Shown in pieces: positions 11,601 to 29,700 of a stretch of 64,000 nucleotides of DNA. Below the pieces are notes generated by a model. That model saw nothing but the letters and a program-made list of their open reading frames with translations. It did not search any database and was not told the DNA's origin. Source of the stretch: Zygnema circumcarinatum SAG 698-1b (lineage: Eukaryota > Plantae > Zygnematophyceae); the NCBI GenBank assembly GCA_037447605.1, contig CM074806.1:62001-126000 (forward strand). The letters run 5' to 3'. Position 1 is the stretch's first letter. Each line of letters starts with the position of its first letter. Made by a program: the position numbers and the translations under genes.

Positions 11601-14370
11601 CCTGCAAATGATAACTCCACCTCCACACTCGCTGATTCTATTCTGGTTCGCTGCACGAGGCTTCCACGGGGGATAATCTCCAGCCCACGTTCTGCCTCCC
11701 TCCGCCTGCGCGCACGTGCACGTGCAGGTGGGCGGTGTTCCGTGAGGCCGACGCCTTCCCCCCCGAGTCGGCTAACGGCACCTCTCAGCGCCGCCGCCCG
11801 CCAGGCACGCGGCCTTCCCCTCCTGTCTCGCGCCCACTCGCTTCAGGAAACTTGCGGTTTTGTCGGAAGCTTGCATGCTACTGTCGCGATGGCCGGTTCA
11901 CAAGGCTGACTTACCAGGTTACCTGGCGCAGCATTTCATACAGTCTCGAGTCCGCAATGTGCTCTGTCTGCTCGAGAGCTCCACTCATGCAGGGGTAGCA
12001 TTCTCATAGCAGATCCCATTCTCATATGCTTAAAGCCCTCCCAGGTCTTGCGATGGCGAGACTGGTTTTCTGTATTCACCAGATAAAAAGCATTTTTTGA
12101 AACAGGTCAGGAGTCGGGTGAAGTTGATTTACATGGAAGCAGAGCTACGGTTCACGGTGGGGACCACGGCAGCCAGCTCGCCTCGAAGTCAGAGGTGGCT
12201 CTCCCTTCTGCTCGGGAGCTGGGGATGCGGCGTGTGGCAGTTGGCAGGCACGGCCGGTTGGGCGGGGGGGGGGGGATGACATGCTGACATGCTGACATGC
12301 ATGCGCGGCTATGGGGGAGGAGGGCAGGGAGTGCCCTGGCGAGTGTTCTTCGAGACACCTGCAGTCTTGGCGCTCATCTGGGCACACTTCTGCAACGACT
12401 GGGGCAAGTACGCGCTGCAGTCATGGCTGCCAACCTTCTACAAGTGAGCTGTCGCACCACCGGCCCTTGCCCCTCCCCTTCTCCTGCCCGTTCTGCCCAC
12501 TGACGGTAGCTGCCGTACCGCCCTTGCGGACTGGGTGCATCTGAGGCTGCTGCCACACTCTTGATGCGAAGAGCGTGCAGAACTTGTTCTCTGTCCTGCA
12601 TTTGGCTGTGGCCTCCTTCACGCTGCTTCTTGCCTTAGTTCATCAGAATCAGGGAGCAAGACGACCTCCGATTTGAGCGCATCTCGTTTTGGCAGTAGTA
12701 AGCGAGGGCTGCACTGCTTGCACACTGCTTGCCGATGTTGGAGGCAGCTGTGTCTGAACGAGAGAAGTGGCCTCTTGGGTGGTGTGCAGGTCTGCGCTTG
12801 GCCTCGACCTCACGCAGGCCTCGCAGGTGAGTCGCTTCGACTGGCCGTAAGGCTGTTCATGAACGCAAGGGGGCACGAGTCCTTCGTAGATGAATAGTGG
12901 GCTTGTCAGGATTCGAGGCTCACACAGGTGTGAGGTTTGGGTTCTCTCAAATGAGAGGCCAACTTATTGCCGGCGTCGCATCTGCACGTTTAGAACAATA
13001 TGCAACAGCTCATTTAGCCTTTTGAAATCACGGGCGGGCTGCAGATAGCAATATTACCTCCAATAGCGTCTGTGGCCCTTTCAGGGGTGGCTGCATGGGC
13101 AGCAGACTCCCTCATCAGGAGAGGTGTAGACATCACTCAGGTTCGCTCCCTTCTCCCTTTTTCTTTGTGCGACGTTCTGGTCTCCTCCTGTCGGTCTGCC
13201 GCCCCCCCCTGACCTCGCGGCGCTGCTTGGCCTGCAGGTGCGCAAGCTGATGCAGAGCATCTCCTTCGTGGCCCCCGCGCTGTGTCTGCTCGCGGTGTGC
13301 GGCCTCGACGTCGGCCTGCACCCGTGGCGGGCCGTCGCGCTGCTCTCGGTCGGACTCGGCCTATCCAGCTTCTCGCTGGCGGGTACGCGCACACACCCAC
13401 TGCGTCTCCTGTGTGCTGTGCACCGCCCTCCTTGTTCCTTCCACTGTGGTGTTCGCTGTTGGGAAGGTGCTTGGTTCCGCACTGATGGCCAGCTGGAGGA
13501 CGGCTGTTAGCCTCCAGGACTTGTTCAGGAAGACATTTTGCAGAGTAGGGCAGTTGGACTCGGCTTAAGGCTTGCTGTTGTATTGTGCACAGTAGCGTTA
13601 AGCCGGGTTTTCCCTTCTCGTTGCAGGGCTGTACTGTACTCATCAAGATATATCTCCCAAATATGCGGGTATTCTGCTGGTGAGTTTCTGCATCACCCTT
13701 TCGTTGTGGGGCCTTTCGGTTAGCGCTTGGAAGCAGTGCTGAGTGCGTGCGGCGCGTGCAGGGCATCACCAACACGGCGGGCGCCATTCCCGGCTTCCTC
13801 GGGACTGCTTCCACGGGCGTGCTCTACGACTTGACCCAGTCGTGGAATGTGAGTGCTCGCATCTGCCGCTGGAAATCGTGTGAGAGTTGCTTTGCCCTAT
13901 TACTTGCTGAAGCTGACGAGTGTATGTCTACTCCATGAGCGGGTTCGTATTTACCTGTTGTGTCATGCTTGTCGCCAAGCCTTGGCTCTGTGGACATACA
14001 GCAAGAGTTGCATCGAACGGTGCGGCAACTTTTGATTTAGCTTGAATCGACCGTGTGCTCGCAAAAGGCCTCTCCACGTGGAGCCAACAACAGTGGTTGG
14101 AGCTGTCCTTGCTCTGCGTGGTGACGTGCATGGCGTTAGGATTGCAAAGGAACAATTGATGTTCCACCATTCAAATTTGCGCAGCTAAGAAGTGCGATCA
14201 TTTGGCTCAGACAGTGACCTTAGTGTTATGGGTGTGCTGTTGCTCTTGTGCAGCTCTCACTGTTTGCCCCGGCAATTTTCTTTTACCTGGCGGGAGCGCT
14301 CGTCTGGATAACTTATGCAAGTAGTAAACCGCGTGACTTCGATGCAATTCGAGCACATTGTCCCTCATGA
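8655..14370 (+). CDS. PHT4;5: PHT4/ANTR anion-phosphate transporter (MFS), PHT4;5-like, with transit-peptide-like N-terminus
   Basis: Exons ~8655(or 8553)-9167, 9554-9699, 9946-10045, 10742-10794, 11100-11174, 11511-11591, 11728-11804, 12106-12194, 12328-12443, 12790-12826, 13045-13140, 13238-13382, 13627-13679, 13762-13848 and 14254-14370. Motifs: FVICNMDKVNMSVAIIPM, GLVQSSFF.GY..SQLPGGW, GEGVAPPAATDL, GLYCTHQDISP.YAGILLGITNT. Confidence 0.92.
10795..10859 (+). repeat. ~33-bp tandem duplication starting at an intron donor
   Basis: gtatgtgccgtgctcacgacctaccttcgttc followed by gttatgtgccgtgctcacgatctaccttcgttc. Confidence 0.85.
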
Positions 14371-14933
14371 TGTTGATGCTCCCCCGTCTTGCCCATTTTT
14401 TTGCCGTTTTGCTTGGCTGAAGTATCACTGACGCACTGTAGTTTTCAATAAGACGAAAATCAGATTTTTTGTAGTGCTTGGAGTGTTTCATGCCGTCATT
14501 GTCCAGCGAGCGCACAATTTTTTCATGGGATCACCGTGTTAGCACTCTGAAGAGTGAAGTGTAGAGGTGTATATTGATCGGTTTGAGAGTCGATTGTTCA
14601 CAGAATAACCAAAAACTGTCGACTGTCCATGGCTGCTATATAATGCGGCCTTGCTCCGTGACAATTGCTTTTAACGTTGGTTACTAGCAATGTTTTCATA
14701 GCACGTCTGGAACATCTTTTCGCTTGACATGAAGCGTGCGGATAGAGAGCGCCCGCCCTTTCTGATAGCTGCAGCAGCCAGCCAGCCAGCCATATCAGAC
14801 TTGCACAGATTGAACTGAAGGTGACAGTGACAGTAATCGTTTTCGTATTACTGTACTCAGGGAATGGAAAACGGACGAGGTTTAACGGACGAGTTTGACG
14901 TGGACTCGTATGACACATGCCCCCCGCGCCCAT

Positions 14934-15213
<280 letters not shown>

Positions 15214-15344
15214 AGTGCCCGTGCGAGGGAGGGAACTCGGGCGGGGCGGCGAGCGAGCAGGCGAAGCTTCCCCGAAGGGCCCCGCGCGCCCCGCTCCCTC
15301 CCTCCCTCCCTCCCGCACAGCGAGCGAGCGAGCGAGCGAGCGCC

Positions 15345-15389
15345 ATGGCGGACCTCTCCCCGAGCGGCCTTTCTCGCCTCTGCCTGTAG
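15345..15389 (+). other. Candidate 14-codon upstream ORF (MADLSPSGLSRLCL*) ahead of the nucleotide-sugar transporter
   Basis: cgccATGG context like most main ORFs in this window; in-frame TAG at 15387-15389; probable leader-intron donor GTGAGC at 15458. Confidence 0.45.
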
Positions 15390-15696
15390 GCCGCCTCCAA
15401 CCGCCCGCCCGGCGACCGCTGCCACGCGAGCATGACGCGCCCCGGCCAGAAGCCGCCGTGAGCTGCTTCGGGGCACACCTTTCTGCGCACTGCCTTATGG
15501 ATTCACCTCCTCGGAGGAAAGCCTGCGATTTATGTGGCAGAAAACAGGGATAGAACGATTCCACAACGGCTTAGAATTCTTGCTGAAGCGTTTGAAATCA
15601 TTTGATTTTAGCTGCAGACTAATCACGGCTGAAAGGGCTCAAGTCCAGCTGCGCTGAATTTCTCCGAGCTCAGCGCCTGAAGCTGGGGCGGGTCCG

Positions 15697-18600
15697 ATGA
15701 AAGCCTCTCTGGATGTCGACGACCGTGAGCAGCTGCTTCCGCGAAATGCAGCAATGAAGGAATGGGAGAAGGACAAGCCCAAGCCCATGTCACGAAAGGG
15801 CGTGCTCGTGGCGATTTCCTACATGGTTTGCGCAGGTGCTTTTCGAGGAAGCCCCCTTTTTTATTTGCCCAGCCAAGAAGTCTGCATTTTTGACAAAAGT
15901 AGTTTCCAGCAAAAGCCGTCGCTACTTGTAGAATTGTAGTGATTATAGCCTTGCGCTTCCCAGCCCATCGACTTTCCAGCAGCTCTTTGCTAAACTTCGC
16001 ATTTTCGTTTCTGCGTCATACATTCATATCCATCTCTTGTTCAAATGCTCACCATCGCATCTTATGAAGAGAGTTTAGGTTCTTTTCGCCGCCTTTTATT
16101 CTAAACCATTACAAATCTGTTGCGAGGAGGACCTACGAGATTTTCTGTTATGTTGTGCTTTTATTCGGTGGGGCAAGGCAGTACTGTTGGTCATGTTCAA
16201 TAAAGCTGCCCTGTCAACCTACAAATTTCCGTGTGCAAATGTGGTCACACTCCTTCAGGTGTGCAAATTCCCAGTCCCTCGTTATTCGTTTCAGAGCGTT
16301 TGCTGCGTCTGAATGTTCGTTGATCGCCGGGTGTAAGTAAGAGCTATTTTGAGGGTGCTTTTCTCGGCACAGATGATTTGCTCCAACCTCCTCCTCTACA
16401 CTCTCCGGTCATTAGGATGGGTGTCGTTTACTCGGGAAGCTGATGGCAGCGGAGCTCGTTTTGTTCCTATTCGTACCCTTCGCCGAGCCGTCCCTCTTTC
16501 ACTCAGTTACCTCTTCTATATGGTGAGTTATTGGTCGATAAATATATATCTTTTTCACGAATGCTGCTTGATTCCAACATATCTTCAAGTGTGTGTTTGG
16601 CTAATGTGGTAATTTTTGCATGAATTGTGCAAACATGGGAGTAGATTTTGTGCTTGGGGGATAAAGCAACGCATTGCAGGAAGTAAGCTTGACTTCTGCC
16701 AAATGTGCGATTGAGAAGGATTTTGCAAGGGATCATCCTTCTCAATATTCTTTCCGAGGCGTGCAGCACTTCCTCTAATCTGGGATCACCCACTAAATTC
16801 ATTATCTCCCATTTAGTGGTATGAAAAGTAAGAAGAGTCATAAGTCCAGGGCCGTGAAACGTGCTGATGATAGGATGGGCAGAGATGACCTTCGAAAGCA
16901 TGGGAAGGGAGCTGCATGGGCTCACCGCCGCCGGTGTGCAGTTAGCCGCCAGGTTAGCCGCACCTGTAAGGTTTCCTTCTCAGTGTCTTTAGAGGGAAAT
17001 CCAAGGCAAGTGAGGGCTTTTGGTGCAACGTATTCTTAGGAGAGGCGATGAGGTGGATAGCGTCCTGCTCATCGGCCTGGGTCCGTAGATCGGACGGTTA
17101 CCTCCCGTTTGCTTCTTCGCTGCAGGTGGTTGGCATGGCATCCATAAGGGGCGTGAGTGTGCCCATGTACACTGCACTGAGGAGAACCACTGTAGCTTTC
17201 ACAATGAGTATGGAGTACTTCATCGCCCAGAAGAGGCATACGAGGCCCATTCTAGTGAGGTACGAGGGGAACCCCTATGCAATGCTTGCGGAAGCTGAAT
17301 GGGCTTTCTTACAAGGAATGGAAACTGAATTGAATGGGTGTTCTACTTGTGGAGACGTGAGGCACGCCTATTAGTTTGTAAACGACGCAGGGGCTTCACT
17401 TTATTGTATGATAAATCCATTGTGATGACTTTGTTTTTTACGGACGGACGTGGTTAGTGTTCTCAATAATTTCGTCAAAACCAAATGAGAAGGAAGCTGC
17501 TTTTATCACGTGAAGTGGCCTGAATGTGATAAACGGAGGTTAGAATCGTTGAACCAGCAACCATACATCGCAACGGGGGAATTGGGGGTGGGCAGTGTGG
17601 CCATCATATGTTTTGGGGCCCTCATCGCAGGAGCGAGAGATTTGTCATTTGACCCTTACGGATACAGTGTTGTTTTTCTCTCTAATTTCACCACAGCCGT
17701 TTATCTGGCAACAATTGCTGAATTGGGTAAGACTTTGCTCTCTTGATCAAAGGGGCTCCTGTGTGTGTCAAAAGGCAGCCTTGTTCCTCTCGATTGCAGC
17801 TGCATACAAGCTTATTCATGGAGAGGCACTCCAGAGTGGGCTACTACTCTTGGCGAGCGTGTCTGCCTCTGCGCTGCCTCGCGGGGGCTGAGGGGCGGGC
17901 GGAGGCGGGGAGGGCGCAGGGAAGGCGACCGGGCTCAGCAGCTTCGGGCTCATGTGGTGCAACGGTGTGCCCCCACCCCCCCTCCCCCCCCCCCTCCCTC
18001 CCTCCCCCGTCCCCCATCGCTCGGGCGGCGACTGCTCAGAGGAAGGCGGAGGGGGGCCCTGACCGCTTGCGGGTGCAGGCATTCTTTGTGCGCCGGTCCT
18101 CCTCGTGTGGACGTTTGTCAGTGGAGAATTGCGCGCTGCGTTTGCCTTTCCAGAACTTCATGCGACTGGTTTCCAGGTATAGCTTATTTTGCAGACTTAC
18201 TCATGCAAGGCGAGCGTCTCATGCATCAATATCTTCATAGCAGTTCTGTTGCGCCACCTATAAGTTTGTAATTGTGCTAGGCAAATGCAAAAAAGTGTAC
18301 CATTTGGGCTGGGCTCTCATCCTTTCCCACTGATCCTCGAGCAATCATGGTTTGTTTGGGGGGGTCCGCCCATCCTGAGCCTCCATCTGCAGCATTTCGT
18401 GTAATTCCTTAACACAGACTCGTGTTGGCACAGGCTATCCTCGCCCTGTCCTGCATCATGGCATTTGCTCTCAACTACACCATTTTCCTTAATACGGCAT
18501 TGAACTCGCCTTTGACTCAGACCATGTGTGGAAACTTGAAGGTGCGTTCTTTGAGCCTAATAGTGGGCGAGGCCAGATCTAGAAACTGCAGTTTGGCTGC

Positions 18601-19320
18601 AGGAGGACTGCAGGTCGACAAGCGGGAGTGCCGCTTTCAAGAGGCGAGGGCAGTCCATAGGCAGAGGATAGCGCCATGCAGGGGGGAGGGGGAAAGGGGG
18701 GCCAGTGCCTGCTCTTGTTCGTCAGCTGCTAGGGAGGTTGCCATGGGGGACTGTTCGATCCCAGCCTGCCAGCGTCTCTCTTATGTGGTCTAGGCGCAAG
18801 TATTGTGCGGTCAAGACTAATGCTAATGGAGCTACCGTCAGAGCGAGGTTTGGCTGCATCAGCTGCTGATTGAGCCCTTTTGCTGGCTAGCCCTCGGGTG
18901 GGCATTTGTTCTTTGCCCTAATACACTGTCAGTAGGAAAAGGAGTGGCTTAGATCACACTTTTTGCTGTCGCAGGATCTGGGCACGGTCGCCATTGGCTG
19001 GATTCTGTTCGGGGGGCTCCAGTTTGACGTGGTGGGTGCTGCCTCGCTTCTGCCTCCCTGGGTTGAGTGAAGGGGGCGGAGAGAAGAGAGAGGGGAGGGA
19101 GAGAGAGGGGAGAGGGGGAGGAGGGTGAGGGGGGGAGAGGGGAGGGGCGCACGGTGGCACTGTAGTGGGGGGCTGCGCTTATAGCAGGCGCCTCAAGCGC
19201 GATGTTGGCAGGAATACTGACGTGCATGCGGTGGCGGTGGGGCAGCTGAACCTGGCGGGCCAAGGGATGGGCTTTGCGGGCTCGGGGCTGTACGCCTACT
19301 GCAAGCTCAAGGGGAGATAG
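15697..19320 (+). CDS. Nucleotide-sugar transporter, UGNT1/At4g32272-like (possible UDP-GlcNAc transporter)
   Basis: Exons 15697-15835, 16182-16258, 16373-16522, 17126-17259, 17596-17726, 17920-17964, 18079-18176, 18434-18541, 18975-19031 and 19246-19320. Motifs: LLVMFNKAALSTYKFP, VPMYTALRRTT, GARDLSFD.YGY, LNSPLTQTMCGNLKD, GSGLYAYCK. Confidence 0.92.
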
Positions 19321-20659
19321 CCGACGGCTTGCTTCGCTTGGGGGCGGGGGGAAGGGCCCAAAGCTCGCCTTGAAAGACGCCTCGCTGGCATGAGTTGTGC
19401 AGAGCTCATGTATCCTTGGCCTTTCCTGGCACAGAGGGTCTTTTGGAATTGGTGAGCATTCTGAAGGAATGATTATATTCCAGAGATTTCGTTTTGAAGA
19501 AATAGATTATATGCCAGAAATTGTTCATTCGTTGAGTCTGCATCACTTAGGCAGGGGCCGAGGTTGCGCTTGTGTCGGCTCGTGAAGAGGACGGTGGAAG
19601 GTAAGAGTGCGGCAGCCCGACGGACGGGAGAAGGCCTGCGCCTGCACCTATAAACTAGTCCTCTGTAGTCAGCCTGCGGCAGCTGCTGGGATGGGCGTTC
19701 CATGTTTGAATGGATTGAGACCGTTTCAACACCTAGACATTATTAGCAGTGGACGTGTAACCCAGGGATTACTGCGGCCCACACTAATTCTGTAAGCACA
19801 CAATCAGAGTGGCTACCCACGCCAAACTCAACGTGATTCACGGCATTATCTTCTGGTATATTAGTTTGTTCTAGCCAGTTCATAACCTGCTGACTTCTTT
19901 TCTAATAACTGCACAGACGGATCTGACAAGCAAATGCCTTGTTACAATCGTTACGGCGCTTGTGAACCTCCACCTTCACGGGAAGGAAGGTTAAAGGTCA
20001 TTTTTACTGCCACGAGACATGGCCAGACGGGCAGGCTTTACTGTCAGCCGAGCTTGCCACATCGCACACTCGCAAACCCTGCCCTTTGAAAAACCGTAAC
20101 GAATGTTTGACAATCACAAGCAGACAGTTGGCGCCTGCCGGCCAGACCAAGACAAAGGCACCCGTCCATATCAACAGAAGAGCTTGGCAGTTAATGGAAA
20201 CTGTTCAGTCGTCTAACGTGGCATAACAAAGGGGAGCCGACCATTTCCACAAGTCTCTGCAAGCGTGCCGAGGCCCCCCTCCGGGAAGCCAAGGCCCACA
20301 TGGAGGGCCCCCACTCCCTCTCGCTTTCGTTTTGAACGGCACAATCGAATTCCATACAACATTACAGTGAAAAACATTATTTGTAAGACAATCACATCCT
20401 TCGGGGCTGTATAACCGTCCAGCATCACAGGACGCGCCCCTCGCACGTGTAGGAAGACTACCATGTCTGTACAGCAGAAAACACCTTCAAAGAGGGCAAA
20501 ATGCTTCCAGAGCCTAAGCCCGCCATCCTCTAGAGTCTATAGGGGGGGGGGAGTTGGCCCTGGCGCCCTACCCGGCCGCTGCAGCTTATTGGACGCTGCG
20601 AGGCACCGCCCGCCGTCCTTTCTGAGCCGCACACAGCGGAGCGCCCCCTTGGCAGCGAA

Positions 20660-25910
<5,251 letters not shown>

Positions 25911-26253
25911 GGCGCCCAGCAGGCAGAGGCAGACAGGCGAGCAGGCAGGCAAGGAGGCAGGCAGGCAGCGGGGCGGGCCGGGGGCAAGGGCGAGGGCGGG
26001 GGCTATGGGGGGCGGGGGGGCCACCTGGCACGCACGCACGCGCGGCCGCGGCAACCGTCCGATGGATGGATGGATGCATGGCCGAGGTGGACCTGGCTGC
26101 CCGCCTCCCGGGATCCGCGTGGTGGATCCAGTGTCGCGCGGTGGATCAAGAATCTGCCGCCCGCATTGACCCGCCAGCCGGCCCCGCGCCGTTCCGTGCC
26201 CGTTCGGGCGCCGCGTCCCTTCCCGTCCCGGCGCGTGCCGCCCGCTGGTCCGA

Positions 26254-26617
26254 CCGTACAAGTGTACGGACTCTCGCTCAGTACGGATGCGCTGTCCGGT
26301 TTAGAGATGGCAAAAAGTCCGTACAAGGGGACTTTTAGAGTTTTAGAGTTCAAAATTTAACCGTATCTACAAGTTTCAGAGTTTTAGAACACTTTTAGAA
26401 TAGCCGTACGACTGTTGAAATTGAACGGCGTGTACGGCCGCACGGTAGGCGAATTGGTGCTCGTCCGTCCGAGACCTTGCCGTACAACCAAACTACCGTA
26501 CAACTGTAGAGCCGTTCTAAAAGTGTTTTAGAAAACGGCCCGACTCGTAAAATTTTTGATTGGAGTTCTACTACACGACAGTGCGTCCGTCCCTAGTCGC
26601 GGTGCCGTACCGTACGG
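26254..26617. promoter_or_regulatory. Bidirectional promoter (VHA-A / GCS) with 10 CCGTAC/GTACGG sites and TTTTAGA inverted repeats
   Basis: Sites at 26254, 26264, 26281, 26319, 26404, 26432, 26480, 26496, 26605 and 26610, between divergent ATGs at 25910 and 26718. Confidence 0.7.
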
Positions 26618-26717
26618 AGATCGGAGTCCGTCTGCCTGGCCGCCTAGCAGTGCAGTGGAGTGCAGTGCAGTGCAGTTGCGGGAGCGCGGCGGCAGCGGCA
26701 GGTGGGCAGGCCTGGCC

Positions 26718-29700
26718 ATGGCGGCCCCTGTCCTGGCCCAGCTCGCCGTCAGCGAGCCTCTGAACTACGCGCGTGCTGCCCTCTGCCACCCCCTCACGCT
26801 GGCTCTGCAGTGCCAGGTGCGCCATCCTGCCCGCCATCAGGTCTGCTCACAGCGGAGAACAAACCTGCGCCCTGGGCCGAGGGGCATTGACTCCTCATCC
26901 GCCCGTGCGTCGCTGTGCAGGGCTGCGCCATTCTCCTGAGCCTGGCGCTGGGATGGTTCCTCGCAGCACAGCCGCGGTAATGTATTGATGATCTGACGCC
27001 ATTGCCGCGCTCTTCTTGCTGTTCGAATTGCGAGGAGGCTGAGGGCGAGGCCCTTCACGCATGTGCAGGTTACGGGCTCTACGCCGCCTGAAGAACGCCG
27101 AGCATGCTTGCAGCGGTTGCGAATGGGGGAAAGTCTCGGTTGTGCTTCCTGTTAAAGGCGTCGGGCAACACAGCCTTTCCAACTGGAGATCTCAGGTGCG
27201 GACGGTTGCTTTACGTGCCGTTCGCTTCCATGCTGCGCTATCGCTTGGCAACATCGTGTAGAGCAAGCCCCGTCCTGATGGTTTGCTTTGGGCGTCTGCA
27301 AGCGCGCCGGCTACTTCACAGCTGGCCTCTGATTATCGTGGGACTTCAGAATTCATATTTGTGGTGGAGAGCCTTGATGACCCCGCCTACGAACCCCTCA
27401 TGAATCTCAGAGGTGAGCTAGAGGTGCGTCAGCAGCGCCCATTTTCATTCTAAAATCCCTTTTGGCAGCATGCGATGAATTCGTATTTCGGGTTTGGTAT
27501 CCCCACTGAGCTAAAAGGCAACTACCACCAACCTGTGAAATGCATGGGTAGCTTCGCCTTGGGCTTTGGCTTTGGCTTTGTCTGTTGTCATTCACCCACA
27601 ACACCTTGTGTTTAAATTGTAATACTGATTCGTGGATGTTACTGCGCAGGGAAAAATTTCAGTGCAAGTTCAATTGGCTGGCAAGTCGTGGAAATGCAGC
27701 CAGAAGATTCATAACCAACTGGTACACTGCTTCAGCTTTTGCCGCATCACTTTTTGAACCTCGTCTGGCTACTTGCACATTGGCCATCGTGCCATGCTCC
27801 ATCATCCGCCTTAAGAGTATTCAAAGCATTGTGGCGACAAACAGAGATGATTATGGAGTTTGTTCGTAATGAACACCATTTTGTGAACAGTGCTTTACTA
27901 GGGTGGTCGATTGTAGTTGTGAAGGCCATGGCGACACAATGACCCTTGTTTTCCCGATATTGAAATCTCGGTTGGCCTAACTTTCTTTGATGTTGGTTAG
28001 GAAAACTTCTCTTATGCTTTTCAATTGGAACTCTTAAGGTGTTACAACATGTTTTAATGGCCAGTGAGCCGAGCTTTGCTTTGTTTTTTAGATATTTGAT
28101 GAGTAAAGTTTATTCTTTTCAACCCGTTCCATGCTTTCTTGACCTCTTTGTTGATTGCACAATCTTGGCCTCAGTATTGCGTTGGAAGGATTGCTTGTGA
28201 GAACCAGAAGAGCTAAAGCCTGGTCACAATTTCTGATATGCACACGATTGCACTAAAAGGGCTGCGTTGGCAATAATTGCAAAGCTGCAAAGAAAAGAGC
28301 GGACATAGGCCTGATTTCAAAGACTCTGTTCTGAGTAAAGTCACTTTTGAGTTGTTGCAGACTGGAGTGCAGGCCATGGCGGCAGACAGTGAATATGTGC
28401 TGTTCCTTGATGATGATATTCGTATCCACCCGAGCACTATTACCGATCTGGTAGCGGCCATGCGTGAGAATCCCTCGGTAAACCAAACCATACCATACGT
28501 CTGATTCTAATCTGTAGATCATCATTGGATGCCGTCAAGAAATGTTCCTAAGGCTGGATGCGTAGTGGAAGTGAACCTCTACTTTACGCTTGACCTTGCT
28601 TGCTTGCTTACCTTTCCTGGAGTTAGATCTATATGTCGAGGTTGACTTCTCATGTGTCAGCTTGATTTACCTCTACAATGTGTTCTAGTATGCTGCAACT
28701 TGATTTCAAGTGCCTTAGATGCAAGTAGAGGCATCCCAATGATTCTGCGGAGCTTCTGAGGGCTCAGCCCCGGATGAGCCAAACTTTGCTGGTCGGCGAT
28801 TGCGGTCAGCGCAGACGTTTCTCGTGACGGGCTATCCATTCGATGTCCCGACAGCGCAGCTCGCGAGCTATTGCATTCTGGTGTACCATCTGGTATGGAC
28901 TGTCCCACTGACATTCACACTTTCCCAGCCTATTTTTTGTATGCAAATGAAATGGTTTTGTCGGGCTTACTCCACCTTAGGTTTCACGATGGCTTTTTTG
29001 GCTTGATTGGGGGGTTTGCAGCCACTTTTTATCGGGTTTTCAACAGGCGGAACCACCACATTTGTTTGGGGTGGCTGCATGCTGGTGAGGGTCATTTGCC
29101 GATGCAGACATGCACACCGCTTCAACCAACCAGCACAGGATATAGCAGAATGTAGTACAGGATTTTCCTTTTTCTTTTCTTTTGTTTTCTCTTACTGAAC
29201 CAAGGTTCCAGCTTTCATCTCAGATGCATGCAGCAGACTTTCGGGAAGATCGCTACGGCCTTGTGACTGCATTACGGGATGGAGGCTATTCTGATGACAT
29301 GACTCTTGCAGCCATTGCGGGTATGCCCGCTTTCTTTTCCCCGAAAACAGGGGCTGCCTTAGGGTAGTTACAGTGATGCCTTTGGCTTGGGAGAAACAAA
29401 CCGAAAAACAACATCTTTCTGGCTCCAGCCGGCCTTTTACGGTTCTGTGTTGCTTTTATATGACTTCTGTGATAGCTTCCGTATGGATTTCTTTTGAGAA
29501 CTTATTTTATGGCCGGCCAAAAACTAAAATGCTAATAGGGAGGCAGGGAAGCATGGCCGGCGGGTTTGCGTGCCTGACACGGCGGTCTTCCTTCATCCGC
29601 TCGCCGCCGACCTCAGTATGGCCAAGTGCGTGCTCTGACTCACACCTCATCCGCGAATGCCCCTCTAGTTAGATATCCCTGTGTTTCTTTTGCCTACGCG

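Noticed and set aside
27469-27482. Possible 14-nt microexon in GCS
   Set aside because: The alternative donor GAG|GTGCGT at 27424 restores phase and gives the same segment length as the plant orthologue without it.
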